Source: Minisyncoccia bacterium (lineage in GTDB: Bacteria > Patescibacteriota > Minisyncoccia > 2-02-FULL-40-12 > IGHO2-01-FULL-4-A). From it: 64,000 nucleotides of DNA. Location: the NCBI GenBank assembly GCA_050015375.1, contig JBEKBN010000004.1:15188-79187 (forward strand). The letters are read 5' to 3'. This document shows positions 34,452-44,090 of this stretch, one piece after another. The notes below the pieces were generated by a model that was not told the origin of the DNA, searched no databases, and was given only the letters and a program-made list of their open reading frames with translations. A program made the translations under genes and the position numbers. The first letter of the stretch is position 1, and every line of letters starts with the position of its first letter.

Positions 34452-35948
34452 ATGAAACGAACATTTTTATCATTATTCGTAATAATTACAGTCGTTGCGG
34501 GTTTTTGGGGCGGAATATTTGCGGCCAACGCCATGGTTCCGACCTTATCGCTTTCGGCATCGGGCAATGGGGACATGGTCTCGGTGACGATCTACGGCGA
34601 CGCTTACGCTAACGCGATTTTGTATTATCAAAAAGCGGGTTACGGGATGCAATCCCAATATCTTGGCACGACGAATGCCAATGGCTATTTTTCGACCACG
34701 GTTAGCACATCCGGAGACGGCATTTCTACCGGCAGTTATGTTTATGTCGTTGTCAACAATCAGCAATCATCCCAGACATTATGGCCGTATAATTACAACA
34801 ACGGCTACAATAATTACGGTTCCCAACTTTCTTTGAGTCAAACCAGCATCTCTCTCAATGCAGGCGCCAGCGCCAATGTTACCGTCTACGGTTCCGGCAG
34901 TTATTATATCTCCTCCAACACCAATTCTAACATCGCCTCGGCCAATATTAGCGGCAACAACGTCTCAATTTACGGGATAGCTTACGGCAGCGACACCATT
35001 TCAATTTGCCAGTCAGGCGGCCAATGCGCCTCGCTTTATGTTACTGTCAATTACAACGGAACGAATTACAACAATTACGGTTATAACTACAACTACAGCA
35101 ACAATTATAGTTATAACTCGCCGACTCTCAGTCAGTCAAATATCACTGTGACCACCGGCCAGCCGACCTACATCACCATCAGCGGCGGCACCCAGCCCTA
35201 CACAATGTATCCCAGTTCGCCAAATATTTTCAATTCGGTCATCGGCGGCAACACGCTCACTATTTCGGGTTTGAATAACGGATCAGGCACACTCAGCGTT
35301 TGCTCGTCGGGCGGCAGCAGTTCCGGTTGCGCGACCTTGTATGTCACAGTTGGCTACCAGAATTATAATTACGGCTACAACACCAACTATAATTCTTGCT
35401 ATAGCGCCTACTGCAACCAACTTTCTTTGAGCCAGACCAGCATCTCTCTCAATGTCGGTTCCACTACCAATATCTCGGTCAATGGCGGTTCCGGCAGTTA
35501 TTATATCTCCTCCAATACCAATTCTAACATCGCCTCGGCCAATATTAGCGGCAACAACGTCTCAATTTATGGCGTTGCTTACGGCAGCGACACCATTTCA
35601 ATTTGCCAGTCAGGCGGCCAATGCGCCTCGCTTTATGTCACCGTCAATTACAACGGAACGAATTACAATAATTACGGCTATCAAACAGCGATAACATTCA
35701 GCCAAAATAATCCGACATTATCCATCGGTCAGAACACGTCGGTTTCTATTTTTGGCGGAACCGGCAGCGGTTATTATGTTGCCTATAACTCTAATTCAAG
35801 TGGGATCCAAGCAAATATCTCGGGCAATATTTTGAACATCACCGGCGAGACCAATAGCATTGACGCCATCACAGTATGCTCGGTTTCGACCAATTGTTCG
35901 GCGCTGACGGTCAACGTCGGCTACTACAATACACCTATTGTCTATTAA
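34452..35948 (+). CDS. Secreted/cell-surface protein with four bacterial Ig-like (Big_2-like) modules and Asn/Tyr-rich linkers
   Basis: A signal/TM N-terminus is followed by repeated modules of the form SISLN...VTVYGSGS...ISGNNVSIYG.AYGSDTISICQSGGQCASLYVTV, each with one Cys pair. The linkers read NYNNYGYNYNYSNNYSYN. Confidence 0.65.
   Translation: MKRTFLSLFVIITVVAGFWGGIFAANAMVPTLSLSASGNGDMVSVTIYGDAYANAILYYQKAGYGMQSQYLGTTNANGYFSTTVSTSGDGISTGSYVYVVVNNQQSSQTLWPYNYNNGYNNYGSQLSLSQTSISLNAGASANVTVYGSGSYYISSNTNSNIASANISGNNVSIYGIAYGSDTISICQSGGQCASLYVTVNYNGTNYNNYGYNYNYSNNYSYNSPTLSQSNITVTTGQPTYITISGGTQPYTMYPSSPNIFNSVIGGNTLTISGLNNGSGTLSVCSSGGSSSGCATLYVTVGYQNYNYGYNTNYNSCYSAYCNQLSLSQTSISLNVGSTTNISVNGGSGSYYISSNTNSNIASANISGNNVSIYGVAYGSDTISICQSGGQCASLYVTVNYNGTNYNNYGYQTAITFSQNNPTLSIGQNTSVSIFGGTGSGYYVAYNSNSSGIQANISGNILNITGETNSIDAITVCSVSTNCSALTVNVGYYNTPIVY
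34824..35683 (+). repeat. Two about 260-bp near-identical direct repeats inside the surface-protein gene (34824-35086 and 35421-35683)
   Basis: The DNA is almost identical over about 260 nt, for example caactttctttgagtcaaaccagcatctctctcaatg versus caactttctttgagccagaccagcatctctctcaatg. The repeats encode two Big_2-like modules. Confidence 0.8.
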
Positions 35949-36129
35949 AATTCATTGATCCGTGGGCAAGTTCATTACTGTCGGTTTGATCCTAGGGACA
36001 ACTTTGGGCGGGCTGATACCTTCGCTTTGGGGCGCGGACTATTTTTCTGTTTCGGGAATTATTTTTTCAACGCTCGGCGGCGCCGCCGGCATCTGGGTCG
36101 GTTACAAGTTAGCGCAATGAGAGAAAAAG

Positions 36130-37173
36130 TTATTTTTTAGATTTTCCAAGTTTCTTATTGAGTAAATCCATAATTTCTCTTTCGATCAATTTTACCCGGT
36201 TGATCTCGTAAGGATAACCGGTGAGTTCCATGAAGCCACGACCGGTGGCCTTTTTATTTTCAAAAATACCCTCAATTGCCAGCGGCCCTTCCCAATAATT
36301 TATGAATCCGTAAAGCATCTCTTGAGCCCGGATCATTGGCTTCAAATTCAGTTCGGCGTTAAATTTCGGAATTTTAATTGTCCAGGAAAGGGGATATCTG
36401 GTGAGGGTCTTGGGGCTGGTCCAATAATCATCGGCGTTGATGAATTCAACTCGATCGGTGCTTAAAGTCCGATTGTCGGGAAAAATAGCGCTAGCCAAAT
36501 GGGTTGACATGTCGCCCTCGACGCATCGCACGCAAATGAGATCGGCGTGGTTTTCAAGTTGGATGGAGAACCAGTCCCAATTGATCTTTTGATGTTTCGG
36601 ATCAGACCACTGATGATCAAACCAGGATTTTCCGGTAACTTTTTTAACTTTACCGTCAATAAAAATTTCGCCTTCGGTTTCCAGGTCGGTCAGCGAATAA
36701 TAATATGTCGTCTCGTCATTCACGATCAGAAAACCGGTTCCACCTTCAAGAAGCGGCTTCTTTTTGGATTTCAAATAAAGATCGAGATTTTCATTTTTGA
36801 TGTGATAATAATAAGGCCCAACCTCAGTTATCTCGGAAACCATTTTACTGAAAGGCGACGCAAAGCGGACATCCAAACGGCCGTCACGGAAACTGTCGTC
36901 GGTCACAAAACAGATCGGTTTGATGGCCGGATAACATTTTTGTTCTTTGATATCAGATAAAATATGATGGGAAAAATAGTTATTCTTTTTAGGAATGAAA
37001 ATTGAAGAAGGAAATTTCGATTTGCTTGGATTGACCCTGAACAAACAATTCATGAATGCGTACTCATTACCTGAAGCGTCAAAAAGATGGCCGTTAAAGT
37101 ACCACCATTCGAGGCCGGTGTTGTGGATCGTTTCGTCTTCGGGAAATTTTATCGGTTTAAAAATTTCGGTCAT
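36130..37173 (-). CDS. AttH/CrtC-like (hydroxyneurosporene synthase family, lipocalin-like) protein
   Basis: The N-terminal ...HNTGLEWWYFNGHL... hallmark is present, and the length is consistent with the family. The stop overlaps the rarA start. Confidence 0.55.
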   Translation of the reverse strand: MTEIFKPIKFPEDETIHNTGLEWWYFNGHLFDASGNEYAFMNCLFRVNPSKSKFPSSIFIPKKNNYFSHHILSDIKEQKCYPAIKPICFVTDDSFRDGRLDVRFASPFSKMVSEITEVGPYYYHIKNENLDLYLKSKKKPLLEGGTGFLIVNDETTYYYSLTDLETEGEIFIDGKVKKVTGKSWFDHQWSDPKHQKINWDWFSIQLENHADLICVRCVEGDMSTHLASAIFPDNRTLSTDRVEFINADDYWTSPKTLTRYPLSWTIKIPKFNAELNLKPMIRAQEMLYGFINYWEGPLAIEGIFENKKATGRGFMELTGYPYEINRVKLIEREIMDLLNKKLGKSKK

Positions 37174-38300
37174 TTCAAATATTTCTTTCCTTTTAATTTT
37201 TCCGGCAAAAGATCATCTTTGGTGTAGCGCTCGTAATTTTTGCCGTAACCGAGTTCTTTCATCAATTTTGTCGGAGCGTTTCGAATTTTCAACGGCACCG
37301 GTAGATTACCATATTTTTTGACGTCGGTCACCGCTTCCATGTAAGCATTGTAGGAACTCCGGTCTTTGTTGGCTTTGGCGAGATAAACCGTTCCACTGGC
37401 AAGGTTGATCTGGGCTTCGGGCAAACCGATGGTTTCCACCGCCCGGAAAACATCGTTTGCAACAACCAAAGCCGTCGGCTGGGCGTTGCCGATATCTTCG
37501 CTTGCAAATATCACCATCCGGCGGGCGATGAATTTCGGGTCTTCGCCGGCGTCAATCATCCGCGCCAGATAATAAAGCGCGGCATCGGGCTGGCTGGCCC
37601 GCAAACTTTTGATGAAAGCGCTGATGACGTTGTAATGTTCTTCGCCTTTTTTGTCGTATCTCAAAAATTTTGACTGCAAAGCATCGGTCAGTGTCTTGAC
37701 CGAAATTTTTCCGTAAAGTTTCTGGGCCGATTCCAGGGTTGAAATAGCTTGGCGGGCGTCGCCGTTGGCCATGCCGACCAGCCAGTCGAGGGATTTATCG
37801 TCGATTTTCAATTCGGTCCGGCGGATTATCTCTTTCATTTCGTCGGCTGAATAATCTTCCAGAACAAAAACCCGGCAGCGCGACAAAAGCGGAGAGATGA
37901 CCTCGAAACTAGGATTTTCGGTCGTGGCGCCGATGAGGGTTATCTCGCCGGTTTCAACAAAAGGCAAAAGATAATCCTGCTGGGCTTTGTTGAAACGATG
38001 GATCTCGTCGAGAAATAAAATTTTCGGTTCGAGTGTTCGTCGGCCGACAATTTTCCGGATATCATCCTTGCCGGCGGACACCGCCGAGAGCTCAAAAAGT
38101 TCACCGCCCAGAGAGCGGGAATATATTTTGGCCAAAGTGGTTTTGCCCGAACCCGGCGGTCCCCAGAGAACGAAAGAAAACCGGTGTTTTTTCTCGATCG
38201 CCAAACGCAATGGTTTTGCCGGTCCGACCAGATGTTTCTGGCCGATGAATTCGTCGAGAGTTCTGGGCCTGATTTTTGAAGCCAATGGTTCATTGCTCAT
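37170..38300 (-). CDS. rarA: Replication-associated recombination protein A (RarA/MgsA AAA+ ATPase)
   Basis: [12 protein letters not shown], Walker [22 protein letters not shown], the sensor SRC and a MgsA C-terminal domain are present. The start is leaderless-type: TAGAAT-N6-ATG on the minus strand. Confidence 0.9.
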   Translation of the reverse strand: MSNEPLASKIRPRTLDEFIGQKHLVGPAKPLRLAIEKKHRFSFVLWGPPGSGKTTLAKIYSRSLGGELFELSAVSAGKDDIRKIVGRRTLEPKILFLDEIHRFNKAQQDYLLPFVETGEITLIGATTENPSFEVISPLLSRCRVFVLEDYSADEMKEIIRRTELKIDDKSLDWLVGMANGDARQAISTLESAQKLYGKISVKTLTDALQSKFLRYDKKGEEHYNVISAFIKSLRASQPDAALYYLARMIDAGEDPKFIARRMVIFASEDIGNAQPTALVVANDVFRAVETIGLPEAQINLASGTVYLAKANKDRSSYNAYMEAVTDVKKYGNLPVPLKIRNAPTKLMKELGYGKNYERYTKDDLLPEKLKGKKYLK

Positions 38301-38447
38301 GGCGTAATTCTAGTAAAGTTCAGACAAATAATCCAATATGGCCAACTTAAACTTATTGCTATATTAGGATTTATTTATTTCTATTTCTGTGCTAGAATCG
38401 CTTCGGATCACAATATCCATTTAAAGTTCTTTTTAGAAGGAGAAGCT

Positions 38448-38681
38448 ATGGTCGTTGTAGTTCAAAGGATGAAAAAAGAGCGGGAAACAGGAAAATTAAA
38501 ACCCGAAATATTTGTCGCACTTATTGATGAGAAATTATCCGTTGACGATTCTAGCGCAGAAGCCATCAAGCAGGCCATGGAGGCCGACAAAATTCGGACA
38601 GATTGTGCTTTTGTCACGGATAGCTATATCACAAATTTGGACGAACCGTTCATTTCCAAAGATGAATCCAAAGACGAATAA
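38448..38681 (+). CDS. Small acidic hypothetical protein (77 aa)
   Basis: A strong AAGGAG SD lies 5 nt before the ATG. A promoter with TGcTAGAAT lies at about 38380-38392. The terminator hairpin accggcc-gaaccat-ggctggt plus T6 lies at 38691-38722. Confidence 0.45.
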   Translation: MVVVVQRMKKERETGKLKPEIFVALIDEKLSVDDSSAEAIKQAMEADKIRTDCAFVTDSYITNLDEPFISKDESKDE

Positions 38682-38794
38682 AATCATTTCACCGGCCGAA
38701 CCATGGCTGGTTTTTTGTTAAAACCGATCTGGAAATATCCCACATAAGTTCTTAATCTTCGTATTTTATAATCGTTTGGTTACATGAAAAATCC

Positions 38795-39250
38795 ATGACA
38801 AAATTAGCAGTAGGCGATAGCGCCCCCAATTTTGTTCTATCTGACCAAAACGGCCAGACACACTCGCTCAGCGATTACCGCGGCAAGTGGTTTTTGATTT
38901 ATTTTTATCCCAAAGACGACACGGCCGGCTGTACCAAAGAGGCCTGCTCTTTCAGAGACAATCTGCTGAAATTCCAAAAGATCAGGATCACAGTGATCGG
39001 TATCAGTACGAACTCGGCTAAAAGCCATTCTAAATTCGCCACAAAATACGCCCTGCCGTTCACCCTGCTTGCCGACGACAAAAAAGAAGCCGTCAAGGCC
39101 TATGGCGTTCTTGCCTCCAAAACTGCCTCTCGAACCTCTTTTCTGATAGACGCCGATGGCCGGATCGTCAGGATCTATGAAAACGTTCAGCCCCAAAAGC
39201 ACGCTGACCAGGTTTTGGACGACATCAAGGCAATGACCAACGATCTGTGA
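38795..39250 (+). CDS. bcp: Peroxiredoxin Bcp (thioredoxin-dependent thiol peroxidase)
   Basis: The peroxidatic Cys sits in the YPKDDTAGCTKEACSFRD motif. The 151-aa length is typical of the Bcp/PrxQ family. Confidence 0.9.
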   Translation: MTKLAVGDSAPNFVLSDQNGQTHSLSDYRGKWFLIYFYPKDDTAGCTKEACSFRDNLLKFQKIRITVIGISTNSAKSHSKFATKYALPFTLLADDKKEAVKAYGVLASKTASRTSFLIDADGRIVRIYENVQPQKHADQVLDDIKAMTNDL

Positions 39251-39888
39251 ACCGGCAAATTATTATTATAACCGCTTTTTTGATGATCTTAATCGCCGGC
39301 GTTTTTTTGTTCCGGCAAAAAAATAATTCGAATTTGGTGAACGACCAAACGATCTCACCGGTTCAATCGTCATCCACCGCATCATCGGCGGTTTTTGCTT
39401 TGCCGATTTCCGCCGCCACTAGCCGGATAACCAAAAAGCCCTTTGGAATTTATGTCACGCCCCAGAACTCGCCGGTCAGTCCGGAAAGGTTTACCGGTTA
39501 TCACACTGGCGTTGATTTTGAAACCACGCCGGCCGAAGCGAATATTGATGTTCCTATTTTTGCCATTTGCGACGGAAAATTATCATTGAAAGAATCTGCC
39601 AGTGGTTATGGCGGAGTTGCCGTTGAAAGCTGTATGCTCGACGGCTCACCAATAACGGTAATCTATGGCCATATAAAAATTACCAGCGTAACTGCTTCCG
39701 TCGGCGACGATTTAAGAAAAGGCGAACAGATCGCGGTTCTTGGAAAGGGCTACAGTTCCGAAACCGACGGCGAAAGAAAACACTTGCATCTTGGCATCCA
39801 CAAAGGAACCGGCGTCAATATTCTTGGTTATGTCCAAAACAAGTCCCAGTTGGCGAATTGGCTGAATTTCGCCGATTATTTGAAATGA
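39247..39888 (+). CDS. M23-family metallopeptidase (LytM-like)
   Basis: The Zn ligand motifs HTGVDF (HxxxD) and HLHLGIH (HxH) are present, with an N-terminal TM. Confidence 0.8.
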   Translation: MNRQIIIITAFLMILIAGVFLFRQKNNSNLVNDQTISPVQSSSTASSAVFALPISAATSRITKKPFGIYVTPQNSPVSPERFTGYHTGVDFETTPAEANIDVPIFAICDGKLSLKESASGYGGVAVESCMLDGSPITVIYGHIKITSVTASVGDDLRKGEQIAVLGKGYSSETDGERKHLHLGIHKGTGVNILGYVQNKSQLANWLNFADYLK

Positions 39889-39985
39889 CCGGGTCGGCAT
39901 TTGTTTTTTAACCGGCGGTGTGATTTAATTAAATGGATGCTTTGATCAATCAATAATAACGATCAAGGTCGGTTTTTTAATCAAC

Positions 39986-40675
39986 ATGGAAAACGAAAAA
40001 AAGTTTGAGGAAGAGAAGAACGTGGGAATGACCGATATCGTGGAAAATGCCGGCGAGCCGGTAAAAGCAAAGTCGAAATTGAATTTCCTGAAAAAATTCA
40101 ACCGGAAGCTGACCTATATTATTATAGCCATTATCGTGATCCTGGCAGTCGGTTATCATTATAAGAGTATTTTTGTAGCGGCGTCGGTCAACGGCAGTTT
40201 GATCAGCCGGTTGAGCGTCGTCAGCGAGCTGGAAAAGGAATCGGGCAAGCAAGCGCTTGACTATGTCATTACCCAGAAATTGGTCAGTGATGCCATCAAA
40301 AAAAGCGGGGTCAGCGTGAGCCCCGCCGAATTAAACGCCAAGATCGACACCATCACCCAACAAGTTGAAAGCCAGGGAACCACTCTGGCGGCGACCCTAG
40401 AGTCCCAAGGCATGACCCAAAAAGATTTTACCGATCGGGTTACTACCCAGATCCAACTTGAAAAAATATTGGCCGACAAGATCACCGTCTCTGATGCCGA
40501 AGTGACCCAATACATGAAGGACAATAAAATTACCATTCCGAAAGGGACCGATCCCGCCGCACCAACGGCCCAGATCAAAGGCAGTATTCAGCAAACAAAA
40601 TTCAATTCAGCAGTAAATGATTGGGTGGCCGCTCTGAAAGCGAAAGCAATCATAAAATACTTCGTGAATTATTGA
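39986..40675 (+). CDS. SurA N-terminal-domain-like periplasmic chaperone (membrane-anchored)
   Basis: The TM anchor is followed by the pattern VASVNGSLISRLSV...LDYVITQKLVSDAIKK, typical of the SurA_N/PpiD N-terminal chaperone module. No PPIase domain is present. Confidence 0.5.
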   Translation: MENEKKFEEEKNVGMTDIVENAGEPVKAKSKLNFLKKFNRKLTYIIIAIIVILAVGYHYKSIFVAASVNGSLISRLSVVSELEKESGKQALDYVITQKLVSDAIKKSGVSVSPAELNAKIDTITQQVESQGTTLAATLESQGMTQKDFTDRVTTQIQLEKILADKITVSDAEVTQYMKDNKITIPKGTDPAAPTAQIKGSIQQTKFNSAVNDWVAALKAKAIIKYFVNY

Positions 40676-40685
40676 TTTTCCGCTC

Positions 40686-41429
40686 ATGGAGACCGAGCAA
40701 AATCAAGAAAATTTAAGCCGAAAAGAAAGGATCGAATTGCGGCGGCAGGAAAAACGGTCCGGCGAGAACGCCGGCGGGGGAAAAACCGGCCGGCGTGTTT
40801 TGATCTGGCTGGTTGTTTTAATATTAGTCGGCGGAGGAATTTATGGCGCAGTCAAATTGGCTCAAAAACCGAATCCACAAAATAACACCACTGGGGCATT
40901 GAGGGTGCCGGTTGGTGCTTCCGATTGGGTGGAAGGCAATAAAAACTCCAAGACAGTTCTCGTCGAATACAGCGATTACGAATGTCCGGCTTGCGGCCTT
41001 TTTTATCCGTACGTGAAAGCGATCGTCGGCGCTAATCAGGACAAGATCGAATTTGTTGCCCGGAATTTTCCATTGGCCCAGCATACGGACGCGGAAATCG
41101 CCGCCCAAGCCGCCGAAGCCGCCGGAAAACAAGGCAAGTTTTGGGAGATGCACGACAAATTGTTCGAAACCCAAGCCGACTGGTCTGAAAAATCGAACGC
41201 CCGTGATATCATCATCGGTTACGCCCAAGAGCTTGGCTTGAATGTCGCCCAATTCAAAAATGATATTGATTCCCAGGATATTAAAACTAAGATCGCCAAT
41301 GATTATCAAGGCGGAATTAATTCTGGCATCGATGCCACGCCGACATTTTTCCTGAACGGCCAAAAAATGAATCCAACCAGTTTCGATGATTTCACCAATA
41401 TTATCCAACAAGCCATCAATGGACAATGA
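40686..41429 (+). CDS. DsbA-family thiol:disulfide oxidoreductase (membrane-anchored)
   Basis: The CPAC active site sits in a thioredoxin fold (VLVEYSDYECPACGLFYP). An N-terminal TM is present. Confidence 0.8.
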   Translation: METEQNQENLSRKERIELRRQEKRSGENAGGGKTGRRVLIWLVVLILVGGGIYGAVKLAQKPNPQNNTTGALRVPVGASDWVEGNKNSKTVLVEYSDYECPACGLFYPYVKAIVGANQDKIEFVARNFPLAQHTDAEIAAQAAEAAGKQGKFWEMHDKLFETQADWSEKSNARDIIIGYAQELGLNVAQFKNDIDSQDIKTKIANDYQGGINSGIDATPTFFLNGQKMNPTSFDDFTNIIQQAINGQ

Positions 41430-41457
41430 TGAATCCAGCGCCGGGCGAGGCCCGACG

Positions 41458-41898
41458 ATGCCGTCGGGCCTCGCCCAGCTAACCTCCCTCTTTTTTTCAA
41501 TCTTTAGTTTTGTCGGCCTTTTAGATTCCGTATATCTGACCGCCAAACATTTCACCGGCGCGCCAGTGCCCTGCACGCTTTTTGGCAATTGCGACAAAGT
41601 TCTCACGAGTTCCTATTCTGTCATTTTCGGCGTTCCGGTCCCGCTTTGGGGAATTATTTATTATTTTATATTTCTCGTTGCGACTGTCGCGTATTACGAC
41701 TCGGGAAAAACGATATTTTTGAAATACCTTTCGTATTTATCCGTTATCGGCCTAGCCGCCTCAGCTTATTTTGTTTCTGTCCAGTTGTTTTTAATTAAAT
41801 CAATTTGCGAATATTGCCTCCTCTCCGCCGTCACTTCCACCTTGCTTTTTATCTCTGGAATGGTATATTTATCCAAGCACAAAAAACCAGCTGTTTAA
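41458..41898 (+). CDS. Vitamin K epoxide reductase (VKOR) family protein
   Basis: Loop cysteines PCTLFGNCDK and the CEYC (CxxC) active site lie within a 4-5 TM core. It is paired with DsbA as in DsbB-lacking bacteria. An alternative in-frame start at 41386 would overlap dsbA by 44 nt. Confidence 0.7.
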   Translation: MPSGLAQLTSLFFSIFSFVGLLDSVYLTAKHFTGAPVPCTLFGNCDKVLTSSYSVIFGVPVPLWGIIYYFIFLVATVAYYDSGKTIFLKYLSYLSVIGLAASAYFVSVQLFLIKSICEYCLLSAVTSTLLFISGMVYLSKHKKPAV

Positions 41899-41911
41899 CA
41901 AGGAGAATTCG

Positions 41912-42226
41912 ATGAAAAAAGAGATCGAAGTTAGAAATTTTTCCGACATGGCAAATGTTCTGCATAATTTGGTGGGCGTGAATGAACTTTATCTGATAGA
42001 AATGCACATGTTAAAAAAGGGATGTATCGAAAATTGCATTTCATGTTTGAAAAAATGGAGTAATTTAATTTATTCTGGCATGAAACTCGAAATAACTGTA
42101 AATGGCAAAAAACGGTTACTTCCCAAAGAACCGTTCATAACCGTTATCAGTATTCCGCCTGATTTGCATTTTGAATTGCAATCGGAAGAGAACGGGAAAT
42201 ATTACGTTCTAACGCATTATATTTAG
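41912..42226 (+). CDS. Hypothetical protein (104 aa)
   Basis: A CAAGGAGAA SD precedes it. The terminator accgc-gcaatat-gcggt plus T8 lies at 42228-42258. No domain is recognised. Confidence 0.4.
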   Translation: MKKEIEVRNFSDMANVLHNLVGVNELYLIEMHMLKKGCIENCISCLKKWSNLIYSGMKLEITVNGKKRLLPKEPFITVISIPPDLHFELQSEENGKYYVLTHYI

Positions 42227-42267
42227 CAAACCGCGCAATATGCGGTTTTTTTTGATTAATTTATTTG

Positions 42268-42322
42268 AGCGTACCGGCCGTTGTCTCGAGGGCGCTCATT
42301 TCTGTGAGCCCGATATCCGGAA
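42268..42322 (-). repeat. Dispersed intergenic repeat, about 50 bp (copy 2, inverted relative to copy 1)
   Basis: gttgtctcgagggcgctcatttctgtgagcccgatatccggaa is the reverse complement of 14048-14090. Confidence 0.65.
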
Positions 42323-42578
42323 TGGTGAGGATGAGGGCGTGATTGCATGGTCTGGGAACATCGGAAAGTTGTATAATGTTCTTCCTGACAACTTTCTGAT
42401 GTTCCCAGAATCCACAGAAATGAGCGAGTCAAAAAACTCGCTGGGTTTTTTGACGTCCCGAGAGGCAATGGGCGACACAGCAAATGTTTAAATATTTCAA
42501 GATTTAATAAATTGAGTGGCTCGCGCACTTGTGAATAACCCCATCGCTATTCACCAAGCGTATGCTATAATATACTTT

Positions 42579-44090
42579 ATGAGTTTTCTGTCTCTTGAAA
42601 CCGATTCAAAACCATTGAAGATCCTTTTTGTCGCCTCTGAAGCCGGTCCCTACGCCCAAGTCGGCGGTCTTGGCGAGGTCATGCGTTCATTGCCGACGGC
42701 TCTTCGCGAACTTGGCTACGATGCTCGGGTTTTTATTCCCAAATATGCTCTCATTGATACCGTCAAATACCCGCTGGAAATGGAATTGGCCAATCTCAAA
42801 ATGAGCGATTCCGAAAAAGATCCTTACGGGCTTATGGTTTGCAACGTTTTGAGCGCAAAAGATAAAGACGGCAATATCGTCGCTTATTTTCTTGAGAACA
42901 TGGAATATTACGAAAAGCGGGCGAACATCTATGGTTACAACGACGACACCACCCGCTGGCTATTATTGGCCAAGGGGTCGCTGGAATTCATCCGCCACTC
43001 GGATTGGAAACCGGATGTCATCGTTTGCTGCGATTGGCAAAGCGGGCTTGTCGCCGACCTCCAGCACAAAAATTACAAAGACGATCCTATTTTGTCGAAG
43101 ATCGCCTCGGTTTTTTCCATTCACAATCTCAAACATCAGGGCGCCTTCGATCCGCGCTCTGTCTCCGAAATTGACTACGATTCCGGCCAAGGCGAAATAC
43201 CGGATTTTTTTGACCCCAATATTTGGAAATTGAACGGCACCCGCCGAGGCATCCTTTACGCCGATGTCATCAACACGGTTTCGCCTACCTACGCCAAAGA
43301 AATATTATTGCCTGACAACGGCGAAACACTGGACAATGTTTTGAAAGAACGAAGCAATCGCCTTTTCGGAATTTTGAACGGCATTGATTACGATTATTTC
43401 GATCCTGAAACCGATAAACAGCTTGCCGCCAATTACTCTGCCGAAAATTTCAAAAAAAGGATAAGCAACAAAACCGCTCTTCAAAAAAGAGTCGGCTTGC
43501 CAGAGGACAAAGAGAAGTTCATAATTTCATTCGTTGGCCGGCTGGATAATCAAAAAGGTCTTGATCTGCTTCGGGAAATTTCCGATTCTTTGTTCGAGAA
43601 TTTGGATTTTCAGATGGTCATTACCGGTAATGGCGACAATGACCTGAAATATTATTTTCAGGACCTACAAAAAAAATATCCGACCAAGATCGGCTTGCAT
43701 CTCATTCACGATACTGAATTGAGAAAACTCATTTATGCCGGTTCTGATGTGGTGATGGTGCCGTCATTATTTGAACCTTGCGGTCTGGTTCAAATGGAAG
43801 CGATGCGTTATGGTTGTATTCCTGTAGTTCGTAAAGTAGGAGGGCTTGCCGACACGGTTATCGATTACAACCCCGACAAAGACGTCGGTACCGGTTTTGT
43901 TTTTGAAAAATACGACCGCTTCGCATTTCTCATCAGTATCGTCAGATCTTATGAGGCCTTTCGAAACAAAAAAGAATGGAACGGCATCATTAAACGGGCG
44001 ATGAGCGCCGATTTTTCCTGGCGCAATTCCGCCAAAGAATATCTCGAATTATTCCAAAACGCCATCAAATTCCACAGTGAACAGTCATGA
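42579..44090 (+). CDS. glgA: Glycogen synthase GlgA (GT5)
   Basis: KILFVASEAGPYAQVGGLGEV is the glycogen synthase N-terminal KxGG motif region. C-terminal GT-B motifs are present. The start is TGCTATAAT-N7-ATG. The ORF track extends the frame to a GTG at 42516. Confidence 0.85.
   Translation: MSFLSLETDSKPLKILFVASEAGPYAQVGGLGEVMRSLPTALRELGYDARVFIPKYALIDTVKYPLEMELANLKMSDSEKDPYGLMVCNVLSAKDKDGNIVAYFLENMEYYEKRANIYGYNDDTTRWLLLAKGSLEFIRHSDWKPDVIVCCDWQSGLVADLQHKNYKDDPILSKIASVFSIHNLKHQGAFDPRSVSEIDYDSGQGEIPDFFDPNIWKLNGTRRGILYADVINTVSPTYAKEILLPDNGETLDNVLKERSNRLFGILNGIDYDYFDPETDKQLAANYSAENFKKRISNKTALQKRVGLPEDKEKFIISFVGRLDNQKGLDLLREISDSLFENLDFQMVITGNGDNDLKYYFQDLQKKYPTKIGLHLIHDTELRKLIYAGSDVVMVPSLFEPCGLVQMEAMRYGCIPVVRKVGGLADTVIDYNPDKDVGTGFVFEKYDRFAFLISIVRSYEAFRNKKEWNGIIKRAMSADFSWRNSAKEYLELFQNAIKFHSEQS

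Noticed and set aside
42516-42578. N-terminal 21-aa extension of glgA from a GTG at 42516
   Set aside because: The extension (MARALVNNPIAIHQAYAIIYF) is not GlgA-like, and it contains the TGCTATAAT -10 box. The start is placed at 42579.
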